Shown here: piece by piece, positions 46,602 through 54,994 of the stretch
Numbering within the stretch: the first letter of the stretch is position 1
Layout of the letters: the number at the start of each line of letters is the position of its first letter
Source: a virus
Lineage: Duplodnaviria; Caudoviricetes
Virus record (IMG/VR): IMGVR_UViG_3300033076_000375
Coordinates: 96,001-160,000 of that record
Length of the DNA: 64,000 nucleotides
Strand: one strand, 5' to 3'
Notes under the pieces: generated by a model
What the model was told of the DNA's origin: nothing
What the model saw: the letters and a program-made list of their open reading frames with translations, nothing else
Databases searched by the model: none
Position numbers and translations under genes: made by a program

Positions 46602-49600
46602 ATGGCAAAGCATATTTTAACAGAACAATACACGTTCAACCCAACAACTAAAACGATTACTATCGTCGGTAGAGCATTCTTACAAGAAGAAATTCTTTTA
46701 ATTACTAACACTACTAAGAATACGGTCATCTATAATTTCAGTGACCCTGCATTGGGTATGGCAAGTTTCTCAATTCAAACACCAACCGTTGCTGGTATGA
46801 CCCCGACGACAACGATTGTTCTGAACTATAATACTGCTTCTCATTCTGCTACTGATAGGTTAGCAATCATGTTTGATGAATATGAAACTGCTATTATTCC
46901 AGCAGAAGCAATGACTGACCCTGTCAACAAGATGCGTGTTTCTACACCACAGTCAATGATTGATACTGACTTTGAATACTCTACCCAGCCTACTAAATGG
47001 GAAAGTATTTCAATGATTAACAATCGTCCTTTTGCGTATGCCAACACACAATCTCCTATTACAATTACAAACGTAACTGCTACAAACAACTCAAGAACAA
47101 TTACAGTTGCAACAACAACACCACCGACAGTAGGCACTCCAATCTTCATCACAGATTGTACATGGGGTGCAGCAGACGGTCTATACATCGTAGATAGTAT
47201 TGTTGCAGGCACTAGTTTCAACTATACAGCTAAGATGCGTTTTACTGGTACTACTGGTACAATTTATAATAGCGGACAAACAACTTGTTATTCAGGATCA
47301 GTCTTCACTGGAGCATCTATCGCAGTTACATCATATTCATACACAGGTAACTTGATTAGTGTTACAACAACTAACCCGCACGGTCTAGGTGTTGGTAATG
47401 AAATTGCATTGACTGGTTCAACAGCTACAACTAATGCCCCGAACGGTTCATGGACAGTAGCTGGTGTAACAAGCCCAACAGTATTCACATTCTATTCATC
47501 AGTTGGCACTCCAACTGGTACAGTTGCTAGTGGTACATTATATGTGCGTCCAGCAGGTTTAGTATACCATAGACCATTCGATGGTGGCGTTCAATTTAGT
47601 ACATTGGCACAAAGTCACAACCAGCAACTAATTCGTCAAACACGTAGATATTTCCGTTATCAATCGGGTAAAGGTATTCAAATGTCTACAGGTACAATCT
47701 TACGCCCTAACATTTCGATTGACCAATTGACAGCAAGTGGTACAACAATTACTGTTGTAACAAAAGTCCCTCATCAAATTAACCCTTCAACTATTGTATT
47801 GATTGCTGGTGCAATCGAAACTGGATTTAACGGTGCGTATACTGTAACACAGGTTATTGACCCTTACACATTCAAGTACACTGCATCAGTTGCACCTACT
47901 GTTACTACAGCTAGTGGCGTTCCATACTGCTCAGTAAGTTCATGGTATGGTGCATCAACACGTATTGGCATGTTTGATTCACAAAACGGTATCTTTTTTG
48001 AGTTTGATGGTCAAACGATGTATGCGGTTCGCAGAAATAGTACATATCAAATCGCCGGGACAGTTAACATTACTGCAGGTAGCTCGACTGTAACTGGGGC
48101 TACACTTAACGGTGTTTCAACATTGTTTAGTAAGCAATTATCTCCGGGTGATTGGATCGTCATTCGTGGTATGAGTTATCGTGTTGAAAGTATTGCAAGT
48201 GATACGTCAATGACAATTCAACCTCCATATCGTGGTGCAAGTAACTTGACTAACGGTATCATTAGTAAGACCCAAGACTTAAAGATTCCACAATCGCAGT
48301 GGAACATGGACAAGATGGATGGTACAGGTCAATCCGGTATGATTCTTGACATTCACAGAATGCAAATGTTCTACATGGATTACTCATGGTACGGTGCTGG
48401 TTTCATTCGTTGGGGATTCCGCGGGGCAAACGGTAACGTAACATATTGCCACAAGATGGTAAACAACAACGTTAACTATGAAGCATATATGCGTTCTGGT
48501 AACTTACCTGCTCGTTATGAAACTAATACATTCAGTAAATTATCAACATTGACGGCATCATTGAGTGCTGGCGGTACTAGTGTTAACATTAACAATTACG
48601 AAGGCTGGCCAAGTTCAGGTACAATCTTTGTACGTAATAATACACAGACTGAATATATTAACTTTACAGGTAAGACACAATCAGCGTTGTTGTCAGGTAC
48701 TACTATGCAAGGCAGCACAGTTGTCACTATGTCAAATACTTCAGGTGTCGTTGTTGGGCAAGCAGTGTCAAGTCCTAATACGCCATGGGGCGCAGTTGTA
48801 ATGTCAATCTCAGCTAATGCATCAGTTACTCTATCATTGCCAGCACAGTATACCGGATCTACTACACTTGCATTTGATCCGCAGTTAACTGGCTTAACTC
48901 GTGCTCAGGCAGGTGGTGCGTTAACATTCACAACTACAACAGGTAGTCCTGTGGTAACTGGTGTAAGTACTTCGGGTGTTCAAATTGGTCAATACGTAGT
49001 CGGTACTGGTATTCCTGATAATGCTTATGTAGTTTCTTTCGTAACTAATACTAGTGTTCAACTTAGTGAAGCCGCAACAGCGTCCGGCTCAGTCTCATTG
49101 ACATTCTTGGCAATGGCTGGTGCAGCACAAGCATTCACATATAGTGCAACGTTGCCGGTAGCAATCGAATTACACTCACCACAATTTGCTCCGCAAATCA
49201 GTCACTGGGGTACTTCAGTTATCATGGACGGTAGATATGATGACGATAAATCATTCGTGTTTACATCAGGTACAACAACTGCACTAGCAGTCGCCGCATC
49301 CGCAACTAATGCGTTGATGAGTTTTAGAGTTGGACCAACAGTAAGCAACGGTATTATCTCTAGTAACTTAGGTGATAGAGAAATTGTTAACCGCATGCAG
49401 ATGATTTTGCGTCAACTTGACTTGTTCTCAAACGGGCAGTTCTTGGTCACTATTGTACTGAATGGAACAGTGTCAAGTGCAACCCCTACCTGGTCAAACG
49501 TTGGAGGCTCAAGTCTCGCACAATACGTTAACCATTCAACAGCTACTACAATTACTGGCGGCGAAGTAATTTACGGTTTCTACTTGAACTCGGCAGGTGG

Positions 49601-49799
49601 TACAAACTATACTGCAACTTCAACTGACTTGAATTTGGTTCGTGACTTGGGTACAAGTATTTTGTCGGGCGGCGGCACTGCTCCCAATGCAGGTATGTAT
49701 CCTAATGGTCCTGATATGATTACTATCATGTGTCGTAACATTGGATCTGCATCAGCTAACATCTTCGGTCGTGTCTCTTGGACAGAGGCTCAAGCGTAA
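46602..49799 (+). CDS. Large virion structural protein (1065 aa) with a conserved core and inserted beta repeats
   Basis: YTFNP..KTITI..LLITN..VIYNFSD, RVSTPQSMIDTDFEY, QTRRYFRYQSGKG and YSWYGAGFIRWG blocks, recalled from T4-like aquatic phage structural proteins. Confidence 0.7.
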   Translation: MAKHILTEQYTFNPTTKTITIVGRAFLQEEILLITNTTKNTVIYNFSDPALGMASFSIQTPTVAGMTPTTTIVLNYNTASHSATDRLAIMFDEYETAIIPAEAMTDPVNKMRVSTPQSMIDTDFEYSTQPTKWESISMINNRPFAYANTQSPITITNVTATNNSRTITVATTTPPTVGTPIFITDCTWGAADGLYIVDSIVAGTSFNYTAKMRFTGTTGTIYNSGQTTCYSGSVFTGASIAVTSYSYTGNLISVTTTNPHGLGVGNEIALTGSTATTNAPNGSWTVAGVTSPTVFTFYSSVGTPTGTVASGTLYVRPAGLVYHRPFDGGVQFSTLAQSHNQQLIRQTRRYFRYQSGKGIQMSTGTILRPNISIDQLTASGTTITVVTKVPHQINPSTIVLIAGAIETGFNGAYTVTQVIDPYTFKYTASVAPTVTTASGVPYCSVSSWYGASTRIGMFDSQNGIFFEFDGQTMYAVRRNSTYQIAGTVNITAGSSTVTGATLNGVSTLFSKQLSPGDWIVIRGMSYRVESIASDTSMTIQPPYRGASNLTNGIISKTQDLKIPQSQWNMDKMDGTGQSGMILDIHRMQMFYMDYSWYGAGFIRWGFRGANGNVTYCHKMVNNNVNYEAYMRSGNLPARYETNTFSKLSTLTASLSAGGTSVNINNYEGWPSSGTIFVRNNTQTEYINFTGKTQSALLSGTTMQGSTVVTMSNTSGVVVGQAVSSPNTPWGAVVMSISANASVTLSLPAQYTGSTTLAFDPQLTGLTRAQAGGALTFTTTTGSPVVTGVSTSGVQIGQYVVGTGIPDNAYVVSFVTNTSVQLSEAATASGSVSLTFLAMAGAAQAFTYSATLPVAIELHSPQFAPQISHWGTSVIMDGRYDDDKSFVFTSGTTTALAVAASATNALMSFRVGPTVSNGIISSNLGDREIVNRMQMILRQLDLFSNGQFLVTIVLNGTVSSATPTWSNVGGSSLAQYVNHSTATTITGGEVIYGFYLNSAGGTNYTATSTDLNLVRDLGTSILSGGGTAPNAGMYPNGPDMITIMCRNIGSASANIFGRVSWTEAQA

Positions 49800-49811
49800 A
49801 AGGATAGGCTT

Positions 49812-50444
49812 GTGTCAAGTAAGCAGTTTAACAAAACTATTACATCATCTACTGAGCCAGCAAATGGTTTAGTGGGTGATGAGTGGTTTAACCCGACATC
49901 AAATAAGCTATATAAGTTTCTACCAGTAAACAAACTCGCTCCTCAATGGTGCGAGTTACCACAAACTAACGTTGCAAATAGCATTACTTTCGGTAATTTA
50001 AGTAGTAACGGATATGTGGCACTCACCGGTTCGCAAACATCTATGGCTTTGAGTCCTACTAACATTGCAGAAAATGTGAGTTTAATGGCATCTCCTCTTG
50101 TCGGAGTAGTCAGATACAACGTAACATCTCAAACTGTTGCGTATGTTACTGCACAGGCTACTAGCACCTGGACATTGAATATCACAGGAAGTGATAACGT
50201 CAACTTAAACTCAGTGTTGGCAATTGGGCAAAGTGTTTCATTAGTGCTGTTAGTGACGAACGGGTCTACTGCTTATTATTCATCAACATTGATGGTTGAT
50301 GGTTTTAACGTCACACCAAAATGGGGCGGCGGTGTTGCACCTACTAGCGGCAATGCTTCTTCAATCGATTCATACGCCTATACTGTAATTAAAACTGGTA
50401 ACGCTACATTTAGTGTATTGGCTAGTCAAACTAAGTTTGCATAA
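49812..50444 (+). CDS. Short fibre with type-C-like C-terminal domain
   Basis: GTG start with SD AAGGA; GDEWFNP..KLY; PKWGGGVAPTSGNASSIDSY.YT.IKT..VLASQTKFA. Confidence 0.75.
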   Translation: MSSKQFNKTITSSTEPANGLVGDEWFNPTSNKLYKFLPVNKLAPQWCELPQTNVANSITFGNLSSNGYVALTGSQTSMALSPTNIAENVSLMASPLVGVVRYNVTSQTVAYVTAQATSTWTLNITGSDNVNLNSVLAIGQSVSLVLLVTNGSTAYYSSTLMVDGFNVTPKWGGGVAPTSGNASSIDSYAYTVIKTGNATFSVLASQTKFA

Positions 50445-50453
50445 GGGGTTGAC

Positions 50454-53400
50454 ATGCCACTAATTGCAAGTTTAGCCGCAGCATCACTGAGTATGTTTCG
50501 GAAAATAGGTGGATTGATTAGAGCATCTGAGCCTTATTTTAATTTAGTTGCTCTGTTAATGAAAGGGAATACCGGTTCTCCGTTAGATTCATCTGCCACT
50601 ATATCACCATCTTTCATCAGCGATGCAAGTACTAATAATTTTCAACTAACAATCAACAGTGGTGCGAAATCAGATAGGGTGACTCCTTATCTAGGTGATG
50701 GATTCTACGGTGTTTCAATGAACGGTACATCTGATTATCTTTCAGTGCCGGGCACTAACGCAGGCTTCAACTTTGGTACAAGTAATTTTACGATTGAGGG
50801 TTGGTTCTGGACAACTACAACAACTCAATTAACTTTGTTTGAAAAACGTTCAGGTGCAACTTATGACTGGATTGTGTTCTTAAACGCTACTGCTGGCTAC
50901 TTACAAATATTTTTGACTGGCGTAGTTGCAACCGCAAATGCTACGGTATTATATCCATTTGGTCAATGGGTTCATGTTGCGTTAGTTCGTAACGGTACAG
51001 TGTTCACCTTGTATCAAAATGGTGTGAGTGTGTATACTACTACTAACGCAGCCGCTGTGGGGTACAACTCAGCATATCCAGTATTGATTGGAGCTGACGC
51101 AAGTGGTCCAAGATTCTGGTGGCCGGGCTTTATTAGTAATGTTAGAATCGTTAACGGCACTGCTGTTTACACTGCGGCTTTCACCCCGCCGACTTCACCA
51201 TTGACTGCAATTCCCGGAACTGTACTTCTAACTTGTAATAATAAATCTCTCACTGACCAATCTCCATTGGCTCAGGTAGTAACTGTAACATCTACGCCGA
51301 AAGTAGTTCCAACGTCTCCTTTTACAATTACAGCAAGTAAAATACTTGGAAGTGGTTATTTCAATGGAACAACAGATTCTGTCAGCTATCCTAATAACGC
51401 TGCATTTCAATTTGGAACTAGTGATTTTACTGTAGAGTTTTGGCTTTATAGTGCAGTTGCTTGGTCAAGTCAACCTGCAAGTTGCGGCATTGTAGGACAA
51501 AAAGCAAATGATACTACAAACGGTTGGGTAATTTATAAAGATGGTGGGTCACCTACAAAGCTCAACGCACGTTTTGCACTACAAAATAATTTCTTCACAA
51601 CGTCAGATGTCCCCTCATTTCAATGGGTGCATTATGCAGTGTCTAGAATTGGTACTACTGTCAGATGGTTTGTGAACGGAGTGCTAGACTCAACCGGCAC
51701 TAGCAACGTATCTATTACAGATGCGACTGGTACTTTATATGTAGGTTTCTCTCAAACATGGTCTGGATATTTCAACGGTTATATTAGTGATTTGAGAATA
51801 GTTAATGGCTCTGGAGTATATTCTGCAACATTTGCATTACCAACGACTTCATTGGCCGCTGTGGCAAGTACTAGTCTACTAACATTGCAATATAACGGCT
51901 CTCCGTTTAATAGCACGTTTGTAGACAACAGTAATATAGCATCACTAGTTACTAGAGCAGGTAATGCAACACAAGGCACATTTACACCATACGGTGGTTC
52001 GTGGTCAGTTTATTTCAATGGTTCTACGGATTATCTAACCCACACAACTGCAACTAATACAACACTGGGTACTGGTGACTGGACTATCGAACTGTGGGTA
52101 TTTCAAACAACACGTGCTGCTACCTCTGCACAGATTTATGATACTCGCCCTGCAGGAACAGGATCTCCCGTTGGGTATCAACTTATAAACATAAGCCCAT
52201 CAGGTGCATTAACTTACAGCAGTACAGGATCAATTGCCGGCGGCACTGTACCATTAAACACTTGGACACATATTGCTGTTTCTAAGCAAGGTTCAAGTAC
52301 TAGGATGTTTTTAAATGGTGTGCAAACTGGAAGCACCCTCACTGATACAGTAAACTATCTATTAGGTGCATCAAGACCCATCATTGCTACTGACGGCAAC
52401 GTCCCGTTAAGTGCTGGTTATAGCTTTACTGGGTATGTTTCTAATCTCAGAGTTATCAAGGGAACTGCGTTATATACTGGTACATTCGCACCTAGTACAT
52501 CACCGTTAACTGCAACGAGTCAAACTGAATTGTTAATAATGAATACTGGCATGCTAATGGATATGTCAAAAAATAATTATGCAGTAGTGAGAACTGGAAC
52601 ACCTAGATTTTTCAGACATAGTCCTTTTAAAGGTTCTACTGTTGTTGCGAACCCTGGTTATTTTTCTACCCAATTCAATGGATCTAGCTGGGTGACTACG
52701 CCGGCATCAGCAGCTACTAACATCGGTACGCAAGACTTCACTGTTGAGTTTTGGTTTTACATGACTCAAACCGCAACATATGGTACAATCTTCAACTTAG
52801 GTCAATATACGAACGGGATATTCATTCGCATCGAAGGACAAACATATAGTATATATATTGTTAACACTCAAGTGTATTTAACCGGTACTGCGCCACTGAA
52901 TACCTGGGTTCATTTAGCATTAGTTCGTAATGCTAGTAGTTTGTATCTATGGGCTAATGGTGTTCAAGTCGGTACAACGCTATCTAATACTGCAAGTATT
53001 AGTCCAACGGCAGCGATGATGGTCGGTGCTTCTGCTCACGCAACGGGCACAGAGCGTTTCTTTGGTTATGTTACTAACCTTAGGGTTGTAATCGGTAATG
53101 GCTTATACACAGCGGCATTCACGCCACCAACTACACCATTGACTGCTATCACTGGGACAGCATTTTTAGGGTTTCAAAACAACACACAGATTGATAACTC
53201 GGTAAACAGTTTCAACGTAAATACTGCTGGCGGGACTCCATTCATTAGAAACTTCTCACCATTTACTAGCACATCTTCAACTAGTTTGACCTATAACACC
53301 GGAACAAGTTTTAGTCCTAGTGATATTAGTGGTAGTGCGTCATTTGATGGGACCGGTGATTATCTTACTATTCCTACAAACAAGGCATTTAGTTCGTTCT

Positions 53401-54506
53401 ATACATCTACTGATTTTACAGTTGAGGCTTGGTTTTATCTAAACAACGTGACTGCGGCACAACAGCTTATTATTTCACATAGAACGGCATCAACTGGAAC
53501 GGCAGGTTATGTTCCATTCCTGATATGGGCAGCTACGACAAACTTAGTATTGTATGTAAGTAGCAACGGTTCAACTTGGGATATTGTGAACGCTTCTAAT
53601 ATTGCTACTGGTCTTTCTCCTAACTGTTGGTATCATGTTGCATTATGTAGGTCTAACGGGACGCTTCGAGCATTCTTGAACGGTATTCAGGGTGTAACAG
53701 TAGCTAATACAAGTACGTTTAATACAACACAACCCTTGCAACTAGGAATGTCTACTGGTGAGACAAATACTGCATTAAACGGTTACATCTCTGATGCTAG
53801 AATTGTTAATGGTACTGCATTGTATACTAGTAATTTTATCCCACCAGTTGCACCTGCAATACCTACTAAGAATACTACGTTATTGTTGAACTTCACTAAC
53901 TCCGGTATATTTGATAGTTCAGGTGGAACTGACTTTGATAGTATCGGTGCAGTTATGACACATTCAACTAGAAAGTATGGATCGACTAGTGTGTATTTCC
54001 CAGGAACTTCATACCTATTAGGGTCATACAATCCTAGATTGTATTTAGTAGGTGACTTTACTATTGAGATGTGGGTTAAAGGTGGTACTCAAACAGGCAC
54101 TATGCCATTATTATTGTCTAGAAATGCAGCATACTCCGCAGGACCTTATTACGTAGCATATAATCACTCAAGCGCACTGAATAAGATTAGTTTACACAAC
54201 ACAACTTATGGTATGTTTATGAGTCATAACACTACAGTAACAGACGGTGCTTGGCATCATGTTGCAGTTACTAGAAGTGGTACGTCTGTTAACCTGTATG
54301 TTGATGGGGTTTCAACTGGAACACCATACACAAACTCTGCTGTATGGGATTATACAACACTAGTAGTAGGTAATAACCCTAGTGACGGTGGCGCCTCAAC
54401 TACACAACTAGGTTATGTTGGCAACATTGACGATTTGCGTATAACAAATGGTTATGCAAGATATACGGGCAATTTCACACCGCCTACTGAGCTAATTGAC
54501 GCTTAA
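50454..54506 (+). CDS. Adhesin with about 6 LamG/ConA-like lectin repeats (paralog of the 30307-36441 lectin array)
   Basis: The same repeat and the same LLTLQYNG..FVD.S..TR.GN.TQGTF.P linker; MPLIASLA start. Confidence 0.85.
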   Translation: MPLIASLAAASLSMFRKIGGLIRASEPYFNLVALLMKGNTGSPLDSSATISPSFISDASTNNFQLTINSGAKSDRVTPYLGDGFYGVSMNGTSDYLSVPGTNAGFNFGTSNFTIEGWFWTTTTTQLTLFEKRSGATYDWIVFLNATAGYLQIFLTGVVATANATVLYPFGQWVHVALVRNGTVFTLYQNGVSVYTTTNAAAVGYNSAYPVLIGADASGPRFWWPGFISNVRIVNGTAVYTAAFTPPTSPLTAIPGTVLLTCNNKSLTDQSPLAQVVTVTSTPKVVPTSPFTITASKILGSGYFNGTTDSVSYPNNAAFQFGTSDFTVEFWLYSAVAWSSQPASCGIVGQKANDTTNGWVIYKDGGSPTKLNARFALQNNFFTTSDVPSFQWVHYAVSRIGTTVRWFVNGVLDSTGTSNVSITDATGTLYVGFSQTWSGYFNGYISDLRIVNGSGVYSATFALPTTSLAAVASTSLLTLQYNGSPFNSTFVDNSNIASLVTRAGNATQGTFTPYGGSWSVYFNGSTDYLTHTTATNTTLGTGDWTIELWVFQTTRAATSAQIYDTRPAGTGSPVGYQLINISPSGALTYSSTGSIAGGTVPLNTWTHIAVSKQGSSTRMFLNGVQTGSTLTDTVNYLLGASRPIIATDGNVPLSAGYSFTGYVSNLRVIKGTALYTGTFAPSTSPLTATSQTELLIMNTGMLMDMSKNNYAVVRTGTPRFFRHSPFKGSTVVANPGYFSTQFNGSSWVTTPASAATNIGTQDFTVEFWFYMTQTATYGTIFNLGQYTNGIFIRIEGQTYSIYIVNTQVYLTGTAPLNTWVHLALVRNASSLYLWANGVQVGTTLSNTASISPTAAMMVGASAHATGTERFFGYVTNLRVVIGNGLYTAAFTPPTTPLTAITGTAFLGFQNNTQIDNSVNSFNVNTAGGTPFIRNFSPFTSTSSTSLTYNTGTSFSPSDISGSASFDGTGDYLTIPTNKAFSSFYTSTDFTVEAWFYLNNVTAAQQLIISHRTASTGTAGYVPFLIWAATTNLVLYVSSNGSTWDIVNASNIATGLSPNCWYHVALCRSNGTLRAFLNGIQGVTVANTSTFNTTQPLQLGMSTGETNTALNGYISDARIVNGTALYTSNFIPPVAPAIPTKNTTLLLNFTNSGIFDSSGGTDFDSIGAVMTHSTRKYGSTSVYFPGTSYLLGSYNPRLYLVGDFTIEMWVKGGTQTGTMPLLLSRNAAYSAGPYYVAYNHSSALNKISLHNTTYGMFMSHNTTVTDGAWHHVAVTRSGTSVNLYVDGVSTGTPYTNSAVWDYTTLVVGNNPSDGGASTTQLGYVGNIDDLRITNGYARYTGNFTPPTELIDA

Positions 54507-54532
54507 CCTTAATTTCAATCAACCTTTTCCTA

Positions 54533-54541
54533 TGATAAGTA
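54533..54541 (+). promoter_or_regulatory. Possible variant late promoter TGATAAGTA
   Basis: Intergenic; one mismatch to GATAAATA; 9 nt before ATG 54551, which lacks an SD. Confidence 0.35.
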
Positions 54542-54550
54542 CGTATCTAT

Positions 54551-54985
54551 ATGAACGTATTTCAGCTAAACTATGAAGCCAGACTATCAGACTGGTATGA
54601 TTTAAGAGTCCGTTTAGAAGGCTCGTCCCTGGAGGAAAAGTGTGTAGAGATAGACAAATGGTGGCAACGTGCCCCATTAGTTACACACCATTTACATATA
54701 CTAGATTCCGAAAACTGGCCTGACCCGTGGGAACTTTTGGTAGAAAATACCTACGATGAGGTTGCACGTGCGTTGGGAATATGTTATACTTTGCTACTAC
54801 TTGACGAAAACGCTGTTTCGATGGCGGAAGCGACAGATAAAATGGGCAATGATGTAGTCATAGTCCAGGTTGACAACGCAAAATATATACTTAATTACTT
54901 CCCAGATACGGTACTAAGTAATAAACTAACCGATTTCAGCATCAAACGCACCGTCAGTATTGACAATATAAAAACTAAAATTTAA
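54551..54985 (+). CDS. Hypothetical protein, possibly a degenerate transglutaminase-like (BTLCP/LapG) fold
   Basis: WPDPWELL..YDEVARALGICYTL..VIVQV..YILNY spacing. Confidence 0.55.
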   Translation: MNVFQLNYEARLSDWYDLRVRLEGSSLEEKCVEIDKWWQRAPLVTHHLHILDSENWPDPWELLVENTYDEVARALGICYTLLLLDENAVSMAEATDKMGNDVVIVQVDNAKYILNYFPDTVLSNKLTDFSIKRTVSIDNIKTKI

Positions 54986-54994
54986 GGCAGAATA

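Noticed and set aside
3-54506. Diversity-generating retroelement or invertible shufflon acting on the adhesins
   Set aside because: No reverse transcriptase or recombinase, no ~100-bp pair with adenine-specific mismatches noticed, and no inverted cassettes in this window.
54870-54990. TTGACA hexamers upstream of nrdA as sigma70 promoters, or NrdR boxes
   Set aside because: The best -10-like hexamers are only 10 nt away; no convincing NrdR box.
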